DNA of 64,000 nucleotides from a virus (Duplodnaviria; Caudoviricetes). Positions 31,037 through 41,558 of this stretch are shown piece after piece. Position 1 is the first letter of the stretch, and each line of letters opens with the position of its first letter. Made by a program: the position numbers and the translations under genes. A model generated the notes under the pieces. The model saw nothing but the letters and a program-made list of their open reading frames with translations. It was not told where the DNA came from and ran no database searches. Location of the stretch: the IMG/VR virus record IMGVR_UViG_3300021400_000949, positions 1 to 64,000 of that record, one strand, 5' to 3'.

Positions 31037-32745
31037 AGGTTAGATTAGTAAATGAAAATATAACAAAAAACTATGCTGAGGAACTTTTAAAGGCGCGCGG
31101 CATAACAGATCCAGGAAAGTTTGTATATCCAACTCCTGATTGTCTTGAGACTTGGAAGAATTTAGATAATGTTACTCAGGGGGTTGAACTTATATTAAAC
31201 ACTTTAGATAGTTCCTTACCATATGCTTTAGTAGTTGACTGTGACGTAGATGGTTTTACTTCTTCAGCTATTTTATATCAGTACATTAAAAAATTAAATC
31301 CTAATAAGCAAATAGATTATTATATTCATACCGGAAAGCAGCATGGTCTTGAGGATAAATGGGAAGAAATCGCTCAACATGTATATGCCGCCGTATTAAT
31401 CCCAGACGCAGGAAGCAACGATAAGCAATATATAGAAAAATTATCTTGCCCCGTTTTAGTGTTAGACCATCATATTGTTGAAAGTGATGATTTCGCGCCA
31501 AATATGATTTTAATTAATAATCAAAGTTCTGCTCATTATCTTAATAAGGACATGTCTGGTGCGGGAGTAGTATGGCAATTCTGTCGAGCTATTGATAATA
31601 AGTTGGGTTATAATTGTGCAGATGAATTTATTGATTTGGCAGCGCTCGGTATAGATGCAGATATGATGAGTATGTTGAATTATGAAAATCAATATATAAT
31701 TCAAAAAGGATTTAATAATATAAATAATTTTTTCTTTAAAATATTATTAGAAAAACAATCCTACTCAATGGGAAATCAAGTTAGCCCTATTTCTGTAGCT
31801 TTTTATATAGTACCAATGATTAATGCTATGATTCGAGTAGGGTCTGAAGAAGAAAAAAATAGATTATTTCTTGCTTTTATTGACGGCCAACGACTCGTTC
31901 CTAGTCATAAACGCGGCGCCAAAGGAGAAATGGAACGCGTTGCGATTGAATCGGCGCGCGAATGTACAAATGCAAAATCGAGGCAAGATAAAACAAAAGA
32001 AAGAATTGTCGATAGTTTAGAACAAAAGATATTTAAACACGACTTACTTGAAAATCGTATTTTGTTTGTAAGACTAGACGATGATGATGACTTCCCGGCT
32101 GAATTAAATGGTTTAGTTGCAATGCAACTTAGTGCTAAATATAGTAAACCTACAATAGTCGCGCGACTCAACCCCGAAGGATATATACGAGGAAGCGCGC
32201 GAGGTGTAAATAAGAGTGAATTAGACTCTTTTAAGAACTATTTAAATCATACTGGTTTATTCGAATATACAGTTGGGCATGACAATGCTTTTGGTATTTC
32301 TATTTTAAATAAAAACCTTGATAATCTTCATAAAATCGCAAATGAAGAATTAAAAGATGTTGATTTTGGCGAAAGTGCTTATGATGTAAATTTTGTTCGT
32401 TCAGCTAAAGATGCAGACATTGAGAAGATAATTTATTCGCTCGACGAAATTAAGCATACTTGGGGACAAGGAAACGAAGAACCATTATTGTACATTGAGA
32501 ATATCTTTATTACAAAAGACGATATTCAGGTAATTGGGAAGAATAAAGATACCTTAAAGTTTGAGAAAAACGGAGTTACTTATATAAAATTTCGCGCAAA
32601 AAATGAAATTGAGAGCTTAAATGAGTTTAATGATATAAAAATAAATTTAGTTGGAAAAGGAAATGTTAATGAATGGATGGGGCAATATAAGCCTCAAATA
32701 ATTATTGAAGACATGGAGATAATGGATAGTACACTTGAATTTTAA
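31033..32745 (+). CDS. recJ: RecJ-like ssDNA exonuclease (DHH)
   Basis: VDCDVDG, PDAG, LDHH, SGAGVVW, GSARG, GHDNAFG. Confidence 0.9.
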   Translation: MKVRLVNENITKNYAEELLKARGITDPGKFVYPTPDCLETWKNLDNVTQGVELILNTLDSSLPYALVVDCDVDGFTSSAILYQYIKKLNPNKQIDYYIHTGKQHGLEDKWEEIAQHVYAAVLIPDAGSNDKQYIEKLSCPVLVLDHHIVESDDFAPNMILINNQSSAHYLNKDMSGAGVVWQFCRAIDNKLGYNCADEFIDLAALGIDADMMSMLNYENQYIIQKGFNNINNFFFKILLEKQSYSMGNQVSPISVAFYIVPMINAMIRVGSEEEKNRLFLAFIDGQRLVPSHKRGAKGEMERVAIESARECTNAKSRQDKTKERIVDSLEQKIFKHDLLENRILFVRLDDDDDFPAELNGLVAMQLSAKYSKPTIVARLNPEGYIRGSARGVNKSELDSFKNYLNHTGLFEYTVGHDNAFGISILNKNLDNLHKIANEELKDVDFGESAYDVNFVRSAKDADIEKIIYSLDEIKHTWGQGNEEPLLYIENIFITKDDIQVIGKNKDTLKFEKNGVTYIKFRAKNEIESLNEFNDIKINLVGKGNVNEWMGQYKPQIIIEDMEIMDSTLEF

Positions 32746-32746
32746 T

Positions 32747-32775
32747 TTGATTTTTTATTAAAATTTTGGTATACT
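32747..32775 (+). promoter_or_regulatory. sigmaA-type promoter
   Basis: TTGATT-17 bp-TATACT. Confidence 0.65.
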
Positions 32776-32805
32776 ATATATAGAAAGTAAGAAAGAGGTG
32801 AAGGA

Positions 32806-35800
32806 ATGGAGAAGTTAAGATATAGCGGAAGTTTACATAATCACACGATGTTCTCAAACCTTCGTCTACGTGATTGCATTATCAAAGAAGATGAATTAAT
32901 AAATTATGCAATAGAATTAGGACACAAAGTAGTGGCAATAACTGACCATGAAAGTGTTTCTAATTCTATTAAAGTACAAAAGATTTATAAAAAAATTAAG
33001 GAAAAGAACCCAGATTTTAAGATTATATTAGGAAATGAGATTTATCTCTGTAGAAATGGTTTAAATGCAGACAATTATAATAGTGAAACAGATAGATATT
33101 ATCATTTTATACTTTTAGCGAAGGATGAAATTGGACACAAGCAGATAAGAGAAATCTCAACAAGGGCATGGCGTCGTAGTTATATGGCGCGCGGTATGCG
33201 TAGAGTTCCAACTTATTATCAAGATTTATTTGAAGTAATTGGCGCGAACCCAGGTCATGTAATTGGATCAACGGCATGTTTAGGAGGTGCATTACCAACT
33301 CAGATTTTACGTGGAACATCAGAAGATAAGCTGGAAATATGGATTAAACAATTAAATAAGTTGTTTGGTCAAGGAAATTTTTATCTTGAGATGCAGCCAT
33401 CAAATAATAAAGACCAGATAACTGTAAATAAAAAGTTGTTAGAGTTTAGTAAGAAGTTTAATGTGCCTTATATTATAACAACAGATAGCCATTATTTAAA
33501 AAAAGAAGATAGAGCAATTCATAAAGCATATTTAAATGCGCAGAATGGTGATAGAGAGGTTGATGAATTTTATGCAACAACGTATATGATGTCAACCGAA
33601 GAATTAGAAAGTTATTTTAAGTATTTTGATGATGAAGTTTTACAGAAGGCTTATCAAAATATTTTAGATATTGCAAATAAATGTGAAGATTATGATTTGA
33701 TGAAACCTTTAAGAATTCCGGATTTGGTATGGAATACACCAAAGCATCAGGTCGCGCCGAGTAAATATTATGATAAGATTCCATATCTTAAAACCTTTAT
33801 GGAATCAGATTATATAGGTGACCATAAATTATGTAATGCAATTATTGAAGGAATTGAAACGCATCCCGATCTTCAGAATGATAGAGCTTATAATGAGATA
33901 AATTCAAATCTTGAAATGACTTGGATAAGTTCAAAAGTAAATAATGCACATTGGTCAGCATATTATTTAAATCTTCAAAAGATAATTGATTTATGCTGGG
34001 AAGCGGGATCAATAGTAGGGCCAGGAAGAGGCTCAGGTGTTGGCTTTATATTGTTATATGTTTTAGGTATAACACAGATAAATCCATTAAGAGAGACAAC
34101 TCGTTGTTTTTCTTGGAGATTTTTAAATCCAGAACGTGTTAGTGTATTGGATGTTGACTTTGATATTGAAGGAAACCGCAGAAATGATGTTTTAAATAAA
34201 TTTAGAGAGTTTTATGGTGATGATAGAGTTGCGAACGTTGCAACTTTTAGAACAGAAAAGTCAAAAAGTGCAATTCTTACGGCGGCACGTGGTTTAGGAA
34301 TTGATGTTGACATCGCGCAGTATATTGCAAGTTTGATTCCAGCAGATAGGGGTCAATTAAGAAGTCTTGACCAGTGTATGTATGGCGATAAAGAAAATGG
34401 TTATAATCCGATTAAACAATTCGTATTTGAAATGACGGAAAATTATCCGGAATTATGGAATGTAGCTCATAGAATTGAAGGATTGGTTTGTGGATATGGA
34501 ATGCATGCCGGCGGTGTAATTTTCGTTGATGAACCTTTTACAGAATCAACTGCATTAATGCGTGCGCCAGATGGTACGATTTGTACACAATTTGACTTGC
34601 ATGACTGTGAAGATGTTTCATTAATTAAGTATGATGCGTTATCGGTTGAAGCGATGGATAAAATTCATAATTGCATTGATTTGATATGTGATTATGGATA
34701 TGCAAAACGTGAAGCAACTTTAAAAGAAACTTATGAAAAACTGGTTGGAATTTATAGACTCGAAAGAGATAATAAAGAAATGTGGAAAAAAGTTTGGAAT
34801 CATGAGATACAAAGTTTGTTTCAAATGGAAAAACAATCAGGTATTCAGGGAATAGCAACTTTAAAGCCAACTTCAGTTGATGATTTGGCAATCTTAAACT
34901 CAACTATTCGATTAATGGCGCAAGAAAAAGGCGGAGAAATGCCAACCGAAAAATTGGCACGATTTAAATCGAATCCGAAGGAATGGGATAGAGAGTTAGA
35001 GAGATATGGTTTAGGTCAAAAAGAAAAAGATATATTAAGTCCAGTTTTGGGAATGTCATATGGATTATGTATTGCGCAAGAGCAATTTATGGAGTTAGTT
35101 CAATTACCAGAACTTGGCGGTTTTTCATTGAGCTGGGCAGATAAACTTCGTAAATCAATAGCAAAGAAAAATCCAAAGGAATATGACTCGTTAACAAAAG
35201 AATTTTATGAAGTAACAAAAGAAAAAGGAATTAATCAACGGTTCGCGCATTATGTGTGGGATGTGTTGATAGCAATGAGTAAGGGTTATGGATTTAACCA
35301 GTCTCATACGTTAGCTTATTCATTAATTGCATTACAAGAAATGAATTTAGCATTTAAATATCCGATAATCTTTTGGAATTGTGCGTGTTTGATAAATGAT
35401 AGCGGCGGGATCACGAGTCTTGAGGAAGAAGAGGAAGAAGAATTAGAAAAAGAAGAAATAATATATGATAATACTTTAGATTTTTCTTCAGAAGATGAGG
35501 ATTCTGACGATGAAGATGAAGTAATAGAGAAAAAAGTTGATAAAAAGAAAAAATCAAAAGCAGTAAACTATGGAAAGATAGCGAGTGCGATTGGTAAAAT
35601 GAAATCAGAAGGTATTGAGGTAGCGCCGCCGAATATTAATACTTCAACTTTAACTTTTTCTCCAGATGTAGAACATAATGTAATTCGTTATGGGCTAAGT
35701 GGAATAACAAAAATTGGTGAAGATTTAATTCAATCTATTATGAAAAATAGACCATATAATTCATTAGATGATTTTATCTCAAAAAATAAAGTGTCAAAAC

Positions 35801-36762
35801 CGCAAGTTATTAATTTAATAAAATGTGGTGCATTTGATGAATTTGGTGATAGAATGGAAATAATGGAAGATTATGTTGAATCAATTAGTGATAAGAAGAA
35901 AGAATTAAATCTTAGAAATGTGAAAATGTTAATTGATTTTGGTCTGTTACCAGAAGAGTTAGATTTTCAAAAAAGAGTGTTTAATTTTGATAAGTATTTA
36001 AAGAAATTTAAATATGATAAGTATTATGAATTAAATGAACAAACATTACCATTTTATGAAAACAATTTTGATATGGATTTGTTGGAAGGAGATGGCGCGC
36101 GACTTAGTATAAAACAAACTGAATGGAAAAAGATTTATGATAAGCAAATGGATGTTATTAGGAAGTATATAAAAGCTAATCATAATGAATTATTAAAAAA
36201 GGTTAATAATAAATTATATAGTGATATTTGGGATAAGTATTGTTTAGGTAATTTAAGTAAGTGGGAAATGGATTCAGTTTCATATTATTCTCATGAACAT
36301 GAATTAGCGCATGTTAATATGAAATATTATGGGTTTTCTGATTTTAAAGAAATGGATGAAACACCGGATATTGAAAGAGTTATTACAATAAAAGGTAAAG
36401 AAATTCCGATTTTTAAGATTAAAAGAATTATAGGAACTGTTTTAGATAGGGATAAATTAAAGAAAACCGTAACTTTATTAACAACAAGTGGCGTGGTGAC
36501 TGTTAAAATTTATGGTGATGTATTCACTCATTATGATAAGCAGTTAAGTGAAAAAGGTGCAGATGGGAAAAAACATGTAATTGAAAAATCTTGGTTAAGT
36601 AGAGGAAATAAAATTATAGTGTGTGGAATTAGGAGCGAAGATGGTTTTTTAGCAAAGAAATATTCAAGAACTCCGTGGCATTTAGTTGAATTAATAACGC
36701 AGATTAATGAAGATGGAACAATTCAAATTCGTAGTGGAAGAATGGATGAGGTAGAGGAATGA
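32806..36762 (+). CDS. dnaE: DNA polymerase III alpha subunit (DnaE type)
   Basis: PHP domain (HNHT, ITDH, TTDSHY), GPGRGSG, DVDFD, HAGGV, KYD, GYGFNQSH; 1318 aa with no TAG. Confidence 0.95.
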   Translation: MEKLRYSGSLHNHTMFSNLRLRDCIIKEDELINYAIELGHKVVAITDHESVSNSIKVQKIYKKIKEKNPDFKIILGNEIYLCRNGLNADNYNSETDRYYHFILLAKDEIGHKQIREISTRAWRRSYMARGMRRVPTYYQDLFEVIGANPGHVIGSTACLGGALPTQILRGTSEDKLEIWIKQLNKLFGQGNFYLEMQPSNNKDQITVNKKLLEFSKKFNVPYIITTDSHYLKKEDRAIHKAYLNAQNGDREVDEFYATTYMMSTEELESYFKYFDDEVLQKAYQNILDIANKCEDYDLMKPLRIPDLVWNTPKHQVAPSKYYDKIPYLKTFMESDYIGDHKLCNAIIEGIETHPDLQNDRAYNEINSNLEMTWISSKVNNAHWSAYYLNLQKIIDLCWEAGSIVGPGRGSGVGFILLYVLGITQINPLRETTRCFSWRFLNPERVSVLDVDFDIEGNRRNDVLNKFREFYGDDRVANVATFRTEKSKSAILTAARGLGIDVDIAQYIASLIPADRGQLRSLDQCMYGDKENGYNPIKQFVFEMTENYPELWNVAHRIEGLVCGYGMHAGGVIFVDEPFTESTALMRAPDGTICTQFDLHDCEDVSLIKYDALSVEAMDKIHNCIDLICDYGYAKREATLKETYEKLVGIYRLERDNKEMWKKVWNHEIQSLFQMEKQSGIQGIATLKPTSVDDLAILNSTIRLMAQEKGGEMPTEKLARFKSNPKEWDRELERYGLGQKEKDILSPVLGMSYGLCIAQEQFMELVQLPELGGFSLSWADKLRKSIAKKNPKEYDSLTKEFYEVTKEKGINQRFAHYVWDVLIAMSKGYGFNQSHTLAYSLIALQEMNLAFKYPIIFWNCACLINDSGGITSLEEEEEEELEKEEIIYDNTLDFSSEDEDSDDEDEVIEKKVDKKKKSKAVNYGKIASAIGKMKSEGIEVAPPNINTSTLTFSPDVEHNVIRYGLSGITKIGEDLIQSIMKNRPYNSLDDFISKNKVSKPQVINLIKCGAFDEFGDRMEIMEDYVESISDKKKELNLRNVKMLIDFGLLPEELDFQKRVFNFDKYLKKFKYDKYYELNEQTLPFYENNFDMDLLEGDGARLSIKQTEWKKIYDKQMDVIRKYIKANHNELLKKVNNKLYSDIWDKYCLGNLSKWEMDSVSYYSHEHELAHVNMKYYGFSDFKEMDETPDIERVITIKGKEIPIFKIKRIIGTVLDRDKLKKTVTLLTTSGVVTVKIYGDVFTHYDKQLSEKGADGKKHVIEKSWLSRGNKIIVCGIRSEDGFLAKKYSRTPWHLVELITQINEDGTIQIRSGRMDEVEE

Positions 36763-37874
36763 GTATTGGCTTATTTGATATGGACTTCGCTACCTACATG
36801 CCTCTCATGTTTAATCTTGAAATAATGAAACTTTCTACTTATTTTAAAAGACAAAGAGAAGTGGTTTTGTTAATGCCAGAGTTGGATACGGACCGCTTCT
36901 CCAAGGTCTTTATTAGGAAGGATTATGATGATGGAAACTTTGATAATAGGTTTTTTCTTCCACACGTAACATACGGCGGCCGCGCCTTTAATAAACTAAA
37001 ATATATACCATTGCCACAAGAACAAGAGGTATGCCGCCCCGATGAGAGTATATATAGTAGATTTGCTACTAAATATAGTTATCAATAGAATAATGACATT
37101 CTATTTAAAATGATGAGTCGCGCCGAACACGTGCGACTTACACAAGACGGCATAAATATATGGGAACCGGGTTTTAAATACTTTGGATATAATACTGGAA
37201 AAGTACTAATAGTGCATGATTATGATTTAGGCTCTGTTAAAGATGGTGATTTGGTTGTAAAGGATTTAATGGCGGTTTTACGAAAACGCAATCCGATAAT
37301 GACAGATTCTTATCTAGGATTAAAATTTCCAATTAATGTTTATAATGATAAGGATTTTAAAAAATGGGAAGAAATAAAGGGCGCTCGTAGTTTTTATACA
37401 ATTTAGTATAATGGAGATTTTAATACAGACCAAATACTTGAATATGCTTACGGCGTGGCTCGGCAAAATATCAGTTATAATCTAAACTATAACGTAACCT
37501 ATGGATCATCCGATGAGAATGATTTTATAGAAAACCATCTATTAAAAATTTTTAGGCAAGTTTTATTTTTATAGAGCATACATCAAAAAATTACACTTAT
37601 ATATGATGATGATTTTTTCATAGATAAGCGATGGGAAGAAATTATAAAGTTATTTAATCTTTATCTTAACTTTTCTAGCAACACAAAAAATAAATCTTTA
37701 TGTACTTTATTTAGTTATTTAACTTTTCCTTTTTGGCAGAAGTTATATGACTATGATGTGGAAAGAATTAAAGAATTATTTTAGTTAGTTAGAGTAAAAA
37801 ATTATGAAACCTTTAAGTTATTTTATAAGTTCCCTAATGATTTTATATAGGAGATGAAATTAGATGACAGGTAA
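36759..37874 (+). CDS. Protein resembling the N-terminus of phage radical-SAM proteins, lacking CxxxCxxC (371 aa, 5 TAG)
   Basis: IGLFDMD...NLEIMKLSTYFK...YGG; TAG 37086, 37404, 37572, 37782, 37848; ends TAA 37874. Confidence 0.65.
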
Positions 37875-38058
37875 TGAAATAAAAGAAAAAATTGAAACAA
37901 ATAATAAAATAATAGAGGGACTTCTATCTCCAAACCAGTTTACATTGAATAACACAATAAGAGAACTTTTAGAAGAAAATAAAAAGCTTCAGGATCAATG
38001 CAAACACGTATTTGAAGGTGGATATTGTATCTATTGTTATAAAGGAGAAGAAAAGTAA
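37864..38058 (+). CDS. Small Cys/His-containing protein
   Basis: QCKHVFEGGYCIYC. Confidence 0.7.
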   Translation: MTGNEIKEKIETNNKIIEGLLSPNQFTLNNTIRELLEENKKLQDQCKHVFEGGYCIYCYKGEEK

Positions 38059-38271
38059 ATGGAAGTAGTATTATATTCAACACATTGCCCAAAATGTGCG
38101 GTTCTCGAACAAAAACTTGATGCAAAAAAAGTTGATTATGAATTAATAACAGATGTAGCTACAATGCTTTCTTTAGGATTCCGCCAGGCTCCAATTTTAA
38201 AGGTAGACCATAAATATATGAATTTTATTGAAGCTAATCAATGGATTAATAATTTGGAGGTAGAAAAATGA
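38059..38271 (+). CDS. Glutaredoxin/NrdH-like redoxin
   Basis: LYSTHCPKC, QAPIL; precedes nrdD. Confidence 0.85.
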   Translation: MEVVLYSTHCPKCAVLEQKLDAKKVDYELITDVATMLSLGFRQAPILKVDHKYMNFIEANQWINNLEVEK

Positions 38272-40187
38272 ATATTAATGTTAAGTTAAATAAGAATTTT
38301 ACTACCCAATTTAATAAAATGCTTGAGACCTACGGAGAAGAGTTCGCGCGCCTTAACGGTTTTGCAGATGAGCAATTAAGTTATACGGATTTTATCCAAA
38401 ACTTTATTGATAGTGAAACAGTGGCCGATGTTTCTGTAGATGGTAACGCAAATGTTGGAAGTAAGGACATGCGTACTCTCATGAACGAAATGCCGAAGTC
38501 ACATAGAAAGCTTTTAGCATATAATAAGATTTATTATGAGTTAAATAAGAAATATGGCTTTAAAACGGCTAATGATTGGCTTAATAAGGAATGGAACAAA
38601 GCGCTTTATCTACATGATGCAGATACTTCAACATTTGTTCATTATTGCTTTGCTTATGATTTAAAAGATTTAGCTGAAAAAGGGTTATTCTTTTTAAACA
38701 ATTTTAACGCAGAGCCGCCAAAGCATTTAAGCACTTTTGTTGATTTTGTTAAAGAATTTATTAGTTTTACATCTAATAGGTCATCCGGTGCGGTGGGACT
38801 TCCAAATATAATACCTTATATGTATTATTTCTGGAAGAAAGATTGCAAAGATGGTTATGCAACAAAATCACCTGAATATTATGCTAAACAGCAAATTCAG
38901 CGCTTTGTATATGCTATAAACCAGCCATATGTGCGCGATGGTATGCAAAGTGCCTTTACAAACGTATCTGTATTTGATCATCCATACCTTGAAGCATTGT
39001 TTGGTGGAGCTACCTTCCCAGATGGCTCTTTCATGATTGACTCTCTTGATGAAATTTGCGAATTTCAAAAGATGTTTATGGAAGAAGTGGCAGAAATACG
39101 TAGTCATAATATGATGACTTTCCCAGTATTAACAATTTCCCTTCTTCGCGAAAATGGAAAATTTACTGATGAAGAATTTGCCCGTTGGGGAATCGCGCAT
39201 AATATGAAGTGGAATGATTCCAACCTCTTTATTGATGATTCAGTTACAAGTCTTTCTAACTGCTGCCGCCTTAAGAGTAATATTGAAGATTTAGGCTACT
39301 TTAATTCAATTGGTGGAACCGCCCTCAAAGTAGGTTCTGTAAAAGTTTCAACGGTTAACCTGGCGCGGCTCGCTCTTGAACATCCAAACAATGAAAAAGA
39401 TTATCTCGTAGCTCTTAGAGATTTGGTCGAGCTTGATTGTAAAGTATTAGATGCGGTTAGACATATAATTCAGAGAAACGTAGAAAAAGGATTACTTCCT
39501 AATTTCTCAAAAGGATTAGTTGACTTTGAACATCTTTATAATACAGTTGGTATAATTGGTATTTATGAAACGATGAAAACTTTTGGATATACAAAAGAAG
39601 ATGAATTTGGAAATGTATTTTATACAGAAGAAGCTGATAAATTTGGTAAAAAAATCTTTGAAGTAATTCATCGTACAAAAGACCAGTTCGCGCTTGATAA
39701 GGACTATAAAATAAATCTTGAGCAAATCCCAGGAGAGACTTGCGCGGACAAATTCCAAAGAGCGGACGAACTTTTATATCCAGAAACTGTTGTAAAAGAC
39801 CTTCCACTTTATGGTAATCAATTTATACCACTTGGAATTAAAACAACTATTCAAGAAAGGGTAAGAATAGCAAGCCTTTTTGATAGTTATTGTAATGGTG
39901 GTTCGATCGCGCACATCAACATAGAAGCACCATTTGACTCATTTGAAAAAGCTTGGGAAATGACTAATTATATTGCAGATCAAGGTCTTACTTATTTTGC
40001 TTTTAATGTTAAAATTCAAGCTTGTAAACATAATCATGCTTTCTTTGGAAAGGTTTGTCCAATTTGTGGCGAACCAGTAGCTACTGAATATACAAGAATT
40101 GTAGGTTTTTATACTCCAATTAAAACTTGGTCAAGCGCACGAAAAGCAGAATATAAAATGAGAGAATGGGAGAGAATAAATGGCTGA
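38268..40187 (+). CDS. nrdD: Anaerobic (class III) ribonucleotide reductase
   Basis: YLHD, SNCCRL, EQIPGE, GGSIAHI, C-terminal Zn ribbon and glycyl-radical motif TRIVGFY. Confidence 0.93.
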   Translation: MNINVKLNKNFTTQFNKMLETYGEEFARLNGFADEQLSYTDFIQNFIDSETVADVSVDGNANVGSKDMRTLMNEMPKSHRKLLAYNKIYYELNKKYGFKTANDWLNKEWNKALYLHDADTSTFVHYCFAYDLKDLAEKGLFFLNNFNAEPPKHLSTFVDFVKEFISFTSNRSSGAVGLPNIIPYMYYFWKKDCKDGYATKSPEYYAKQQIQRFVYAINQPYVRDGMQSAFTNVSVFDHPYLEALFGGATFPDGSFMIDSLDEICEFQKMFMEEVAEIRSHNMMTFPVLTISLLRENGKFTDEEFARWGIAHNMKWNDSNLFIDDSVTSLSNCCRLKSNIEDLGYFNSIGGTALKVGSVKVSTVNLARLALEHPNNEKDYLVALRDLVELDCKVLDAVRHIIQRNVEKGLLPNFSKGLVDFEHLYNTVGIIGIYETMKTFGYTKEDEFGNVFYTEEADKFGKKIFEVIHRTKDQFALDKDYKINLEQIPGETCADKFQRADELLYPETVVKDLPLYGNQFIPLGIKTTIQERVRIASLFDSYCNGGSIAHINIEAPFDSFEKAWEMTNYIADQGLTYFAFNVKIQACKHNHAFFGKVCPICGEPVATEYTRIVGFYTPIKTWSSARKAEYKMREWERING

Positions 40188-40389
40188 AAAACCGATAGAA
40201 ACAGTAAAAGTTCCTAGAAAACAAATAACAAAATTAGCAAAATCAGTAGAACGTTATGAAGCTAATATGCCAATATCTTTGGAATATGTTTTAACTTTTT
40301 TATTCCCTTCTGTTTGGAATAATATGCAACGTTCATTACAAGATCAATATACAAAGGGATATTTAGATGGAAAAAACGATAGAGATTAA
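40180..40389 (+). CDS. Hypothetical protein
   Basis: 69 aa coupled between nrdD and nrdG. Confidence 0.6.
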   Translation: MAEKPIETVKVPRKQITKLAKSVERYEANMPISLEYVLTFLFPSVWNNMQRSLQDQYTKGYLDGKNDRD

Positions 40390-40852
40390 AGGTGTAATAT
40401 TTGAAGATTTTGTAAATTACAAAAAAACTTCTATGTATATTGCTTTTCCTAAATGTGATTTTAAATGTGATAGAGAGTATGGCTGTTCTATTTGCCAGAA
40501 CAGCTCTCTCGCTCATTATCCAGCGCAAACCGTTAGCATTGATAGACTACTTGAAAATTATAAGTTTAATCCAATTACTCACGCTTTTGTGCTAGCGGGA
40601 CTTGAACCATTTGACACATTTGACAAATTATTAGAATTCGTTGATGCGGCGCGCCGTATAACGGAAGACGATATTGTAATTTACACAGGTTTTAACAAAG
40701 AAGAGATTTTAGATAAAATAAAAAAATTAGCAAAATATCCAAATATTATAATAAAGTTTGGACGCTTTATTCCTAATCAAGAGCCACATTATGACGAAGT
40801 GCTAGGAGTAAAATTAGCTAGTGATAATCAATATGCAGAGAAAATCTCTTAA
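40367..40852 (+). CDS. nrdG: NrdD activating enzyme (radical SAM)
   Basis: CDFKC...CSICQN, LAGLEPF, IYTG, IIKFGRF, LASDNQ. Confidence 0.85.
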   Translation: MEKTIEIKGVIFEDFVNYKKTSMYIAFPKCDFKCDREYGCSICQNSSLAHYPAQTVSIDRLLENYKFNPITHAFVLAGLEPFDTFDKLLEFVDAARRITEDDIVIYTGFNKEEILDKIKKLAKYPNIIIKFGRFIPNQEPHYDEVLGVKLASDNQYAEKIS

Positions 40853-40855
40853 AAT

Positions 40856-40884
40856 TTGTTTTTTAAAAAGATTTTTGTTATAAT
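40856..40884 (+). promoter_or_regulatory. sigmaA-type promoter for the thyX-like/tRNA/dut transcript
   Basis: TTGTTT-17 bp-TGTTATAAT (extended -10). Confidence 0.65.
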
Positions 40885-40907
40885 AAATATAGAAAAAAGG
40901 GTGGAAT

Positions 40908-41558
40908 ATGATAGATATAAGTAATGTTAAGGTATACAACCTTGAAGGAGCTTTTAGGGGATTAAGAAACCCCTTAAATAGTTGGGATAAGTCTGATAGT
41001 TATTATGATGAATACCATATTTATCAGTTAGGGGAAAAAGATATGGACCTCGCACAGAGAATGATAAGTGGAGGCGCTGACGAATCAAAATTTATGAGAC
41101 AAATTATGGTGTGCTTTGATATAGAAGCCCCGCTTTATTGGTGGAAGGAATTTGATACTTATAAAGTCGGTACCGTAGCTAACTCATGTAGTACAATGCA
41201 CAAACTTGCTAGTGTTCCAATAACAGAAAAAAGTTTTTCTACAAATGATATTGACCTAAACCTCCCAATTATTGATGACGATGCAACTGATATAGGTTGG
41301 CTTTGGAAAGATATAGTGTTCTATTGTGAACAGTTAAGAAAAAAATATCTTGAAACAAAGAATAAAGATTATTGGCGCGCACTTGTGCAGATTCTACCAA
41401 ATGGATGGATGCAGAAACGCACTATCACACTTAATTATCAGGTATTACGCGCACAATACTTCGCGCGCCGTAATCATAAATTAACCGAATGGCATGAGTA
41501 TTGTCATTTTATTGAAGGTCTACCTTATGCTAAAGAATTAATTTGTTATAAAAAATAA
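40908..41558 (+). CDS. ThyX/Thy1-like flavin-dependent thymidylate synthase family protein
   Basis: KFMRQI...APLYWWKEFDTY...NSCSTMH...LPNGW.QKR..TLNY..L....R..H.L.EW; sits among nucleotide-metabolism genes. Confidence 0.7.
   Translation: MIDISNVKVYNLEGAFRGLRNPLNSWDKSDSYYDEYHIYQLGEKDMDLAQRMISGGADESKFMRQIMVCFDIEAPLYWWKEFDTYKVGTVANSCSTMHKLASVPITEKSFSTNDIDLNLPIIDDDATDIGWLWKDIVFYCEQLRKKYLETKNKDYWRALVQILPNGWMQKRTITLNYQVLRAQYFARRNHKLTEWHEYCHFIEGLPYAKELICYKK

Noticed and set aside
20875-40187. Inteins or introns in gyrase, DnaB, DnaE or NrdD
   Set aside because: Lengths are normal and I saw no splice-junction motifs or embedded LAGLIDADG/HNH domains; the DnaE insertion is a short acidic loop.
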